A stretch of DNA of 64,000 nt, taken from the NCBI RefSeq assembly GCF_048593235.1, contig NC_133618.1, forward strand, positions 274,251,882 through 274,315,881, written 5' to 3'. Origin of the DNA: Sminthopsis crassicaudata (lineage: Eukaryota). The number at the start of each line of letters is the position of its first letter. The first letter of the stretch is position 1. The position numbers and the translations under genes were made by a program. The notes beneath the pieces are model-generated. The model was given only the letters and a program-made list of their open reading frames with translations. It had not been told where the DNA came from and ran no database searches. Of the stretch, positions 1 through 11,700 are shown in pieces.

Positions 1-338
1 AAGTGTTTTGTAATTTTGCTCATATAATTCCTGACTCTCCTTTGGTAGATATATTCCCAAATATTTTATACTATCGACCGTTATTTTGAATGGGATTTCT
101 CTTTGTATCTCTTGCTGTTGGATTGTGTTGGTAATGTATAAAAATGCTGAGTATTCATGTGGATTTATTTTGTATCCTGCAACTTTGCTAAAATTCTGAA
201 TTATTTCTAATAGCTTTTTAGCAGAGTCTTTGGGATTCTCTAAGTATACCATCATGTCATTTGCGAAAAGTGATCATTTGATTTCCTCATTTCCTATTCT
301 AATTCCTTGAATCTCTTTCTCAGCTCTTATTGCTGATA
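1..338 (-). mobile_element. LINE-1 ORF2 (reverse transcriptase) fragment, 5'-truncated, continues off the left edge
   Basis: Minus strand translates [54 protein letters not shown]...KYLGIYLPKESQELYEQNYKTL, the L1 RT core; one stop and FADD>FAND show it is dead. Confidence 0.93.
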
Positions 339-620
339 GCCTTCTTTTTTAGAGAATTTCCTTCCCCATACTATTTGAAAGAGAAGATTACTGAGGTGGC
401 TCTGAATGTTGAAGGGAACTAGATCTTCACCATTAGTGAAGTTATTTGGATGGATGGGTGGTTTGGAAGGCAGATTACTTCTCTAAATCCAAACCCTCAA
501 ATGAGTTCCATAAGGTTAAGTATAGCTTTATGAGTCTCTTTGCAGTTAAAAAGGGACTCACAAAATTTTAAGCTAAAACCTGTTTATAAGCCCAAAATTC
601 AATATCTTTTGAGGGTAACC

Positions 621-1125
621 TGTTAGGTTCTTACTAAGTGCTAAGTGCTAACAATTCTCTAGTTCACACCTTTGGTTCCAGCCTTTAAGGGGAGTTTACC
701 CCTTTGAAATTCTGAGGAGTTTACATATGAAAAGGAGTTTACACAACCTTTAAAAGGAGCAAGTTCATTGGTTGAAATAATTTTCCCATAAGCCCTTGAG
801 TTCTCACACACCCCTTCTCTGGGAGGATAAAAGAGACAACATTGGGCCCGGAAAAGTGAATCTACTCTAGGTCAGAGTTGGGATGGCTCTCACAAGAAGA
901 AGAATCTGGCCGGGAGATTGAGTTGAGATAGTAGATCTCCTCCCAAAGAGCGATCTGCAGTTTCTGGAGACAACAGAATATTACACTTTGGCGCCCAATG
1001 TGGGGCAAGGACTTTTGCTTATCCTGACAAGGACTTATTCTGAGCCCTTCAGAGGAGCTACCCTGGACCTTAACATTTAAGGACTTATTCTAAGCCCTTC
1101 AGAGGAGCTAGCCAGCACTTTCACA
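621..1125 (+). mobile_element. ERV (class II/betaretrovirus-like) LTR-derived element with internal tRNA-Lys PBS
   Basis: TG at 621-622, CA at 1124-1125, GTAACC duplicated at 615-620 and 1126-1131; ATTGG 767-771 and GATAAAAG 826-833 promoter-like; TGGCGCCCAATGTGGGGC at 989-1006 is 17/18 to the tRNA-Lys1,2 PBS. Confidence 0.85.
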
Positions 1126-1749
1126 GTAACCCAAACCATAGGATGACACAAAATGGAAAGGATTCTGAAAAACTAGGATCTACCTGAGGGGGAAGATAAT
1201 GAATTATATATAATGACTACTTTGTCTTTTTAGCTTTACGAGTGACAGTCTACCTTCAATACTTTTTGCAGAGTGAAATCAAGTTTTCATTGAATCCATT
1301 GAATGCATTTGTTAGCTTAAGTGCTTATACTGAAAGTTTTTTGTCCTTTATAGAAGCCTACACATAAGCATGTTAAGATTTTCTTAAACTCAGGATGGGA
1401 CATAATGTGCCAAAGACTTCATGAGGTTATACAAAAATTCCAAGTTCAAACCTATTTTGTAATCTCTGACCTTGGAAGGTCCTGACTTCCTATCATGTGG
1501 AGCTCATCAATATTTAGCAAAGGAACCACTGTACTAGATTTTTGCCCATGACATGTACATATACTGAGTCAACATGAGATATACAATGATCATAACAATA
1601 TGCTTTGATACCTAATTGTTTCATTATTTTATCTGTTTCATATATTTACATCTTATCTTTTCAACAAGACTCTGAACTCCTCCTTAAAAGGCAGGTACCT
1701 CTTTTTTTGTTATCTCCCTTAGATTCTCCTCTCCCTTTTATCCAAGCAT

Positions 1750-1915
1750 TCAACAAAATTTCTTATCAACTAGGGTTCTCTAAAAATAGAGTGAGTGATC
1801 TCATGAGCTGATTCACAAGAGGTGATTCAAGCAGAGGCTTTATGACCATCTGTCAGAATTCCTGCATTGGGTGGAAGGATGAATTTAAATGATGTTTAAT
1901 GATCATTTTCAATTC
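1750..1915 (+). mobile_element. CR1/L3 LINE 3' end, degenerate
   Basis: Resembles CR1/L3 3' terminus (ttcaagcagaggct..gaccatctgtcag..attcctgcattggg..ttttcaattcta). Confidence 0.55.
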
Positions 1916-2654
1916 TATCACATATTTATGGAATAAATTTCCTGAACTGAACTATAAAAGGCTAAAAACCACTACTCTAAAAATGGGTAGGAAAGCAGAA
2001 AACAGAGATGCTTTCCTTCTGGGTCAGTAATAATGACAGATGCTTATACAGATTAGGACTACATAAAGGTGAAGGGCCAGGAATGGTACCTGCTGTCTTT
2101 ACTACAAAATTACATATTTCAGAAACCTATGAGAGGCTTAGCAGTTTTCAGTGCTCCTACTTTAGAAGGTTACAAGAATCTTGAAGAGAAACAAGAAAAG
2201 AATTAGGAGACTGAGAGAAGAAAGCCAAGGGTTAAGACAGAAAATTATTTGGCCCTGGGATCCTGATCCAAGATTGCTGTACAGGAAAGCAATAGCATTC
2301 CATACAATGTAATACATATCTTTTGTTAGTACCCTGTGAGTGCCTATGAGTGGTAATTGGTATTCTACAGAGAAATCCAGCAGTTTCTGATGCTCCATTC
2401 ACATCTTGCTGTGAATGAATTGATATATACAGATTCTGGGGTTTTGGGAAGTGGGCTTCAACAGGATAGGGAGGGTATAGTAAAAAGGAAAAGGTAGGAT
2501 TTAGTTGGGACCATGGAACTATTAGGGACATGGGACCATTAGGATATCTAAGGCAGCTAATTCTAGTGGTGTCCATACTCAGTTCTTCAATTGCATCTAT
2601 GCTTTTGATGGCCCATTGAGATAAAGGGCAGCCGAGGGAGAACTTTTAGATAAC

Positions 2655-2660
2655 TTTATT
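2655..2660 (-). terminator. CATSPER2: CATSPER2 polyadenylation signal AATAAA
   Basis: TTTATT on plus strand about 95 nt past the stop codon. Confidence 0.65.
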
Positions 2661-2755
2661 CAAACATCTTTTGTCTGCTACCATCTCCTTCCAAGTATTC
2701 TTTTTCCATCTTTCTCCTGGCTTATGACACTATTGCAGCTATCAGAGGTTGTCTT

Positions 2756-5700
2756 TTAGTTATCTTCCAGGTTTATCAGTGCCTTAACTATAAATGAAAA
2801 AGACTGTGAGAATGGAGTTCTCTAATGATTCTGAATATCATCAATCTCTAGTGAGGACTGCATTTGTGGAGTTTTGGGTCTCCATATTAAAATTGCTTTT
2901 AAACTGTATGTATATGATTCCATATATTCACTTACCCTTTATGTTTGTCAACTAGAGCTAATCCTAGTTCCATCTTTTGAAATCTACCTCAAGTTAGTGT
3001 CCAGTTAATCACACTCTTCTCTCTACCAAATTACCCAAGCTCCTTAGAGCAAAATAAAAGTGCTGGAAGAGTTCTGAAAGAATAGAGCCAAAATTGGAGC
3101 AGCTAGGTGGTGCAGTGGATAGCACCAGCCCTGAAGTCAGGTTCAAATCTGATCTTAGACACTTAATACTTCATGTCCCAGCTGTGTGACCCTGGGCAAG
3201 TCACTTAACCCCAATTGCCTTAGCTAAAAAAAAAAAAAAAAAAAAGAATAGAGGCAAAATGTATGCAAAATTTTTGAAGTTTTACAGCTTCTCACTGTTG
3301 GTGTCTCCTTTTTTCTTACAGAGTAGGCTAGTACCCTTATGTGGCCTCTGGCTGTATGATCTGCTCCTGTAGTCCCACAACTTCTCCAGGTTCCCTTGTT
3401 TTCCTTTGGGTTGTATAGAAACTAAATGACCCTGGCCCTCCTTCCATACTTTATGCTCAGGGTGTGGTCCAAATTCTCTATTATGTCCCCAAATAGGCAC
3501 TTTTCCCTCTGAGGTTCTTCCATCTAGATTCAGCTATTATACATTCTCATATTCTCAACTCCTCTTATTCTTTTTCTTACCTCTGCTCTGGTCCCAAGCT
3601 TGATTTGAGATTTTTGATTGCTGGAATGGGATCTTAAAAAGCTAAACTGCCAGCAGAGAGCTAGTTTGTAAGCCATCAAGTGAGCTCCAATAATTTCTAT
3701 ACTCAATCTTTCTATTGATTTCTGTGTGGCATTCAACTGCTTTGAACTTAAAAAATTTTTTCAAGGGATCAGTGATTCCTCAAACAATGTCCTAAGCATC
3801 TCTTGTCTAGATAATTGTTCCTGGCTCTCAGATGCATCCTACCTGCGAAATCTTGTAGCTGTTTACGTTCTTCTATGTTGTATTGAAGCTTTTCTAGCAA
3901 TTCAAAGTATCGAAAGAGTGAATCTCGGGGCCAAACCACCCGCTCATCCTGGTCCATTTCCATCAGCCCAGGGAGATTCTGGTGCACATGAGTCTCCCAG
4001 TCCACTAGGCCTGGGCTATCAGAGCTCACTGTGGAGAAGAGTTGTTTTTGAGAAGCATGTCTGGAGTCAGGGATAGGTTAGTCTTTAAAGGGATGACTAA
4101 GAGGTGGTGGAGGGAACAATGGGGGAAATTTGAGAGGTGTAACACCATAGTGTCAGTGCTCAGAAAGTGCTAGAATGTCTGAATCTGAATCTGAATTATG
4201 AAGACAAAACAACTCACATATGTTTTCTTGAGCAGATGGGGCATCTTTTGGGACAGATGTCTTGGTTACATTTTCAGGATAAGTCTTATCACTTACGGCT
4301 GGATTTGGAAACTGATGAGAAGTATTGGGTATCATATGGATAGTCCTGTGAAGAAATTTGACTTTTATTGCTTTAGCTTTATCCAGGAATTATGACTTCT
4401 GATGTATTCTTACTTTTTGTCTTGAGTCCAGCTCTAGACCTGATAGCTTAGATTTTAGGCCATGGGTGGGATAGGGTACGTCCAAAATATTCATAGAATT
4501 CACACGTGACTTGGAATTTTAGTCCATCAATAGCAGCCAAAATCCCAACTTCATAATCATATCCTTTCTCCTCACCCCCAGTGTCTGTGTTTCAATCTTC
4601 ATCAATATACCCAAGTCCTTCTCTCCCATTTACATAGTCCTACCATTTTCTGCTCTTCCCACATACCTTTTTCTCTAAGCTCCATTTCTACTTTGCATTC
4701 TCCAATCTTGTTCTCTCTGCCCTGACACTACTTTCTACTTCCCCATTCTTTACCAGCCCTTTTATCTCTGCTCCACTCATTATTGCACATTCCTTACCCA
4801 GAACTTCTGGACCCCGCTCTTCCATCTCTCTGGTGTTGTCTCCTATTGACCAGAGAACAGAAAGTAAAGGGAATTGTACTGGACTCTGTTAGAAAACCAA
4901 CATGGCAAAAAGGAAAAGGAGAGGAATAAAGGATGGAACTAAATCAGAAAGTGAGAAAGGGGGGAGATAGTGGGTAAAGATGGTAGGAAAGGAACAGAAT
5001 AAGATTAAAATGAAGAGCAGGGAAAGAGTCTATACCAAGGTTATTGGAAAATCTGGGGACTGAGGGCTGGGCAGGAGATGGGAGATCAGGAGGAGAAGAA
5101 AATATCACTTGAAGTTGAGAGAAGGAGGTAGATTAAGGGATTCTTGAGAGGCCAAAGTTGGCCTTGAGAATGAGGAGGCAGGGTGGTGAACCTTTTGATG
5201 ATCTGGCGTTTGAATATGTCGGCTTTGTGCTGTACCACCAAATGTGTTGCCTCCTCCCACAGTTCACTCCTAATTGCCTGGAAATTAGTAACTGCCACAA
5301 AAAGTCATGAAAGAATTGGGTCGGATGAAAGCTGAAACAGACTAAGAAAAGCTGGGGAATGCTGGGGGACTAGAGGAAACATCCCTCCCAGGCCCAACTC
5401 CTACTTTCCAATGTAGTTCGCCTTTACCCTAAACACTAACCTAACCCTCCAAGTCACTGCTTTTCCCAAGCTTCTCTGACCTCATTGGACCCACCCCATC
5501 CCACCTAGCCCCTGCTCACCCATCATAGCTACTATGATGTTGCGGAAGATGATGGAGCCAAGCAATAGCCAGAGGATAACATATATACTACTGAATGTTT
5601 TACTTAGTCCAGGAACTTTCCAGGCATCCTGAAGCAGTGCATACCAGTGATCCAGGGTGAAGAGGATGAACACTGTCACCAGGGAGTTGGGCATATCACT

Positions 5701-8700
5701 ACAGAAAAGAAATGGGAAACAGAATAGAATGAGGAATAAAGACAGGAAGTTAGAGTTCTCAAGAAAAAAAAGATAGGTGCCCAGAATTATGCTTACTTTT
5801 GAAAATTTCTGACTCTTAAATTGTGGTTCATTATGATTACCTCTTTTTTTTTTTTTGCCACATTTTAATTTACTTATTTTTCATTTTGTATTTGTGTAAT
5901 TATAATTTCTTCTCTGAGTGAATCCAGCTCTCATCCTATTTTAAATTCATTTTATTTCTCTTATTTGCCAAATTGGCTTTTAATTATAGTTTTATTCTCC
6001 ACTCATGGTAACTGTTTTTTGGTCAATTCAATTGTGTCTGACTCTTTGTCACCCCACTTGGAAGGGGTGGTTCTTGGCAAAGATTTCGGAGTATTTTGCT
6101 TTTTCCTTTTTCAGCTCAGTGACTCACTCAAGAGTCTATGTAATGTCTAAGGCCAGATTTGAACTCAGGAAGATAGTCTTCTTGGTTCCAAACCCAGTGC
6201 TCTTATCTACCTTGCTGCCCATTCTCCTCTGAGGATCCTTACAAATTTTAAAAACCTGCTCTTTAACTTCTCAGTGTGTAAGAAGACATGTGTTTGATAT
6301 ACCTTTGAGAAATGTATATATCATGTTTGCAAAAAATATTACTAAGAAGTTGCAAAAGGTCTCACAAAGATGACTCTTCACCTTGTTTCTCTTTTGGTTC
6401 CTTAAAAATACTAAAACTGAATAAAATAAAACTTTTAATCTTAATGATTAATAATAACTAAGACCAATATATTGCTTTTAAAGGTTGCATTTTGGTTTAC
6501 TTGCACTATTTTATTTAAATACTTTAGATATTATGGAATATATTTAAAATTATTTAATAACTTAGAAGTACGCATCTGGTAATGCCGTGAATAGGGTATC
6601 ATGCTTGGAGTCAGCAAGATTCATTTTCCTAAGTTCAAATTTGGCCTCAGACACTTAATCATGCTTGCCTCAGTTTCCTCATCTGTGAAATGAACTGGAA
6701 CAGCTGTAAAATGGCACACCACTCCAATATTATTGCTAAGAAATCCCCAATGGGATCATAAAGAGTCTATCATGACTAAAAAACAAATAACTTAGAAATA
6801 ATCATTAGGGACATTAAAAAGAACTCTACTATGAACCTATTGAGACAAACCATGACTACTTTTTGATAAGTCTAATGACTTGAAAATGACATTATAAATA
6901 ATTAACATCAAGATAACTTTCCCTGAATTTCAATGAACCATCTATTGACAACCAGAGAACATTCATTATCCCCTTCAGAGGGGATAATTGAATCTTCTGA
7001 AGAAGTTAATATGAATTCATAAAAATAAGTTATCTTATATGATCAAAAGTTTTATAGGTTGAAATTGAAGGTTTTTGTAGGCGTCTGCATTCATTATGAG
7101 AGAAACAGAATAATCGGATTGGATATTTGAATTACAAGTATCATTTGTTCAATCACCCATTCTTGTTTAAAATTTAACCCCTTTAATATAACTTTGTAAA
7201 TGTTTTCTAAACATTTTTAACACTGTCTAAATTTATATTCAACATCTTTTTATAAATTAATTGCACCTAGCTTTCATCTTTATAACAATGGGTGTGAAAT
7301 TTATGGGCCAAAATTTGCATACTAGTGGATCTTTTCCTAAGTAATGCTAGCCAATCCAATTACAATTATTGAAGAATCACTTAATAGTGACAGACATCTG
7401 ACACAGTAATCTTTGTTAGTTATGTATGGAATGTTTGTTTTTGGCAGACCATGTGTTTTGATTTTAATAAACTTGAATTTAAAAAAAAGAATATAACTGA
7501 GGAGGTCAAGAAGTTTGCTTGGTGAGTTCTATATGATATATAATCCCTATACCTACAGAGTGACAATGATAAGAGCTGATTTTCTCCAAAAATCTAGAAG
7601 TGGATCTTGTTATAATGTTTGATTGCTAAGGATGTCTAGGGAATGTATATATGTATGCAACTTAGCATTCTAAAGCATGCCTGGAGTGAATATTGTTCCC
7701 TTTCTCTATGGGGAGGTCTGTCTGTTCTCAAGATCACAGTCAATACCATTTGTTATATTCTCTAGTCCTCCCCTACCCACCTTATGTTTTGTTTTTACGA
7801 CTGTGCATCCAAACTTCACCTCAATTTTTATCCTACTTTTGCTCCCTTGTCCCATCCCAAGTTCCCTTGACCTCCCCCAGGTTTGCCCCGGTCCTGCCTA
7901 CACGAAGTACATCTGGTATTCCAAGTTCTGGATGTCTGAACGGGTATAATTTTCAAAGAAGTAGATACCAGTCAGAGCGAAAATGTAGAAGAAAATGAGC
8001 AACAGCACCAGGAGGAAGGTCATAGTCTGGAGGCCACAAATCAAAGGATAGTTGAATTAGGCCAGACTGCTCTCTTCCAACAACCCAATCCAGTCTATCC
8101 CAGAACATTACAATCCTCACTCCCAGTTGTGAACCCATTCACCCCCAAACTACTACAATCCAGTCACCATCCACTCTCATTCAATAAGCTATTGACCATT
8201 TGGCCCATTCATTTCCTACACTTTCTTCTAGTTCATATTTGCCTCTAGTTTCCCCCCCTTCCCCCTCCCTTGGTTTCTGCAGTCACCTTAAGAGCCCTGA
8301 CGAGAGCTAGGATGATGACTCGAATTTGACGGAACCGTGTAAAGAGTTTGAGTGACCTCAGCACCCGGCAGATGCGTAACAACTGTAGCCACAATGCTTC
8401 AGTTGAGACCCCTGAGAGTACCACCACCTCAGGAAGCACTGACTGTGGACACCACACAAATTGATGTTATTTTTCCCTAAATATTATCTTTCAATCTTTG
8501 TTCCCTCATCTTCATCCTACCCACCCTCCCATCCCCAACCACTGAGTACCATTTCTTGGGTATGGCCTACCCACCTCTTGAGTTTTCAGAAAAGTAGGAA
8601 AATTGAAATAGCAAAGCTTCCAAGTTTCTTTTCTGTGTATAACCTAAATGGTCATAATCTGCCCAAATCCATCTCCCACTCTAAAGTCTTATAGGATGCT

Positions 8701-11700
8701 TCTTACATTCCTAAACTCACCTTTGTGTATCCCCTTTTAATCTTACCAATATGGTGACAAACAAGTCAAAGATATTCCAGGCACTTTTCCAAAAGAGGAA
8801 GAAATTGTACAGCCACATGAGAATAATCTCCAGGATGAAGATAAGCAACATGAACCAAGATGCCACCTCCAGAGCCAGCATTACTGGCAACATTTTGATA
8901 TCTTTAGTATTCACTAACTCTATATGAGGGAGGCAAGAAGTAAGGGTCAAGAGGAAGGATGTAAAAAGGGTTTGCCAAATGACTTAAATGTATAGATGTC
9001 AACATAAACCCAACTTCTTGTCAACATTGTCCCACTTTGCTTAAGCAGCTAGGTGGCACTGTGGATATGGTAGAATTTGGTGTATATAATATATAGCAGA
9101 GCATATAGTTGAGCTTGGTGCTCTGACTTGCTCAGACACTTACTAGCTATGACCTTAGAAATCACTTAAAACTCAGCTTCAGGTTCCACATCTGCAAAAT
9201 GGGGATAATAATAGTACCTACTTTACAGGGTTATTGTGAGGATCAAATGAGATAATTGCAAAATACTTAGTACTACTGTCTCTAGAACATAATAAGTATT
9301 ATATAAATGTTAGCTATTACCCCCACTCTTTCAATTTGCAATACTGCTACTGATACATTGAGAGGGGGAAGACATAGATCATTGCTGTTTATAGCTGCCT
9401 GTTACTTGATAAAAGGTTTTTAAAGATAAAAGGGAACTGAAGTCATCTAGTTCTTGCTCAAGATCACATAAGAGAAGTAATGTGGTGCAGAAAAAAAAAA
9501 AAAAAAAAAAAAGCAAAACACCAGATTTCCTATATTCTAGGTGATGTGAAATGATCCAACCATTCTGGAGAGCAATTTGGAACTATGCCCAAAAGGATAT
9601 CAAACTTTGTATCCCCTTTGATCCAGCAGTGTCACTATGCCAAGAAAAATCATAAAAAGGAGGGAAAAGGACCCACATATGCAAAAATATAACTTTTTTT
9701 GTGGTGGCAAATAATTGGAAATGAGTAGATGCCTATTAATTGGGGAATGGGTGAATAAGTTATGTTATATAAAAGTAATGGAATATTATGCTATTAAAAA
9801 TTATAAACATACACAGTATACACAGTAACAGCAAGAATGATGATCAATTCTGAAAGACTTGGTTCTTCTCAGCACTTCAATGATCCAAGGCAATCCTAAT
9901 AAACTTTGGGTAGAAAACACCATCTACATCCAGAGAAAGAACTATGGATAATGAATGTAAATCAACATTAGCCATGTTCACTTTTTTATTTTTCTGTTTT
10001 TTTATCGTAACTTTCCCCTTTTGTTCTGATTTTTCTCTCCCAGCATGATTCATAAATGTGTATTTAAAAAATATACATGTATAACCATAAAAAGGAAACA
10101 AAAAAGTAAAAAAAAAATTAAAATTATCTCAGGGAACACTAGACAAATAATAGATTGATTTCTGAGATTATCAGCCACTCAGTTAATAAGCATTTATGAA
10201 ACACCTTCTATGTGTTTAAGTTCTAGGAATGCAAATAAAGGTAAATGGCAATGCCTGCCCTCAAAGAACTCAAAATCCAATGGAAATGTCATACAAACTC
10301 TGAACAAACTATGTAAGGGATAAATAGGAAATAATCAACTTAAGGCACTGAAATTGAGAGGGAGTGGGGAAGGTTTCCTGTAGGTATTGAGATTTTAATT
10401 GGAACTTGAAAGAATGTAAATCAGGTAAGCAGAGATTTGGAGGCATTTAATTCCAGGTATGTGAAATAGCCAGTGAAATAAGAGTTTGAGTAGTTGGCTT
10501 GTTTGAGGAATAGCAAAGTAGCCAGTGTTACTAGATTGAAGAGTATGAGTTTCTATATATAGTGAGAAAAAAGTGAAAGGCAGGGTTGGGGTGGTGATAC
10601 TAGATTATGAAGAACTTTGAATGCTCTTAGAACATCAGAGGATTTTATATCTGATCTTAAAGGTGACAGGTAGCCCAACAGTGATGTGGAGAGATCATAG
10701 CACATAATTATAGAGTTTCTAATAACTCACACTAATATTCTTTGCATTTATATGTTTTAAGGTTTATAAAGTTATTGAAGGATTTTTCTCTCTTTTTTTT
10801 TTTTTTTTAATCACAGTAGCCTTGAGAGGTAAATATCTGTATTTTACAGATGAGGAAATATACTTTTGGAGATGACGTTTAAATTCAGATCTTTGGACTC
10901 TAAAAATCTGCCATAGAGAACAATTTTCAAATTCACTTATTAAAATGTTTTTACTTTACATTTTGATGGATAATGTTATTGGCTTAAATAAGACTCTATT
11001 AGTGTAAAAATATTGATTTTGCAAAAAAATTTTTAAAAGCATAAGGAGTTCAATCATTACTCAGATCAACAACATAATCCATTTAGAATTTAGTTTCTTA
11101 TGGTGACCTCTTCTTGTGAAGGATCTTTTTTCCCAAAAAAAATCATGATAGTTTTTAATTTTTGTGTTTATCTTCTTTGATTTGATAAGTTTTTTGTTAT
11201 ACATTTATATTCTTTTTATTTTAAACATATTTGCTAATAATGTTGGGAGAAGAAAAATCAGAACAAAAAGGAAAGACCGCCAAGAGAAAAAAACAAAACA
11301 GAACAGAACAAAAAAAAGTGAACATAACGTGCTAATTTACATTCTGTCTCCATGGTTCTCTCTCTAGATGCAGATGGTATTTTTCATTCCAAATTTATTG
11401 GTATTACCTTAGATCATTGTTCTGAAGAATAGTCATAGTTGATCATCACACAATCTTGCTGTTACTGTATTTTATTCCTGGTTCTGCTTGTTTTGTTCAA
11501 CAATAATTCATCTGTAGGGTATTCTTTACGATGTCACATATGATATATTTGAGATGTATATAAAATGTCTTTAGTTTTCTTTTATAATCATACATGGATT
11601 TATCTAAACTCATCTTGAGGTTTAGCCTGCATTAATCTTATTAGAAGAGCTACTTAAGTTTACTACTTCTTGTAGAAAGTTGTTTCCTTTGTAAAGAGAT

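Noticed and set aside
1-2755. STRC or CKMT1 exons expected from human synteny
   Set aside because: No recognisable stereocilin or creatine kinase sequence; the left end is L1, LTR, CR1 and unique intergenic DNA.
6961-6993. Hairpin ATTATCCCCT-TCAG-AGGGGATAAT in AT-rich intronic DNA
   Set aside because: A 10-bp stem is expected by chance roughly once in a window this size; no miRNA-length stem or terminal-repeat context.
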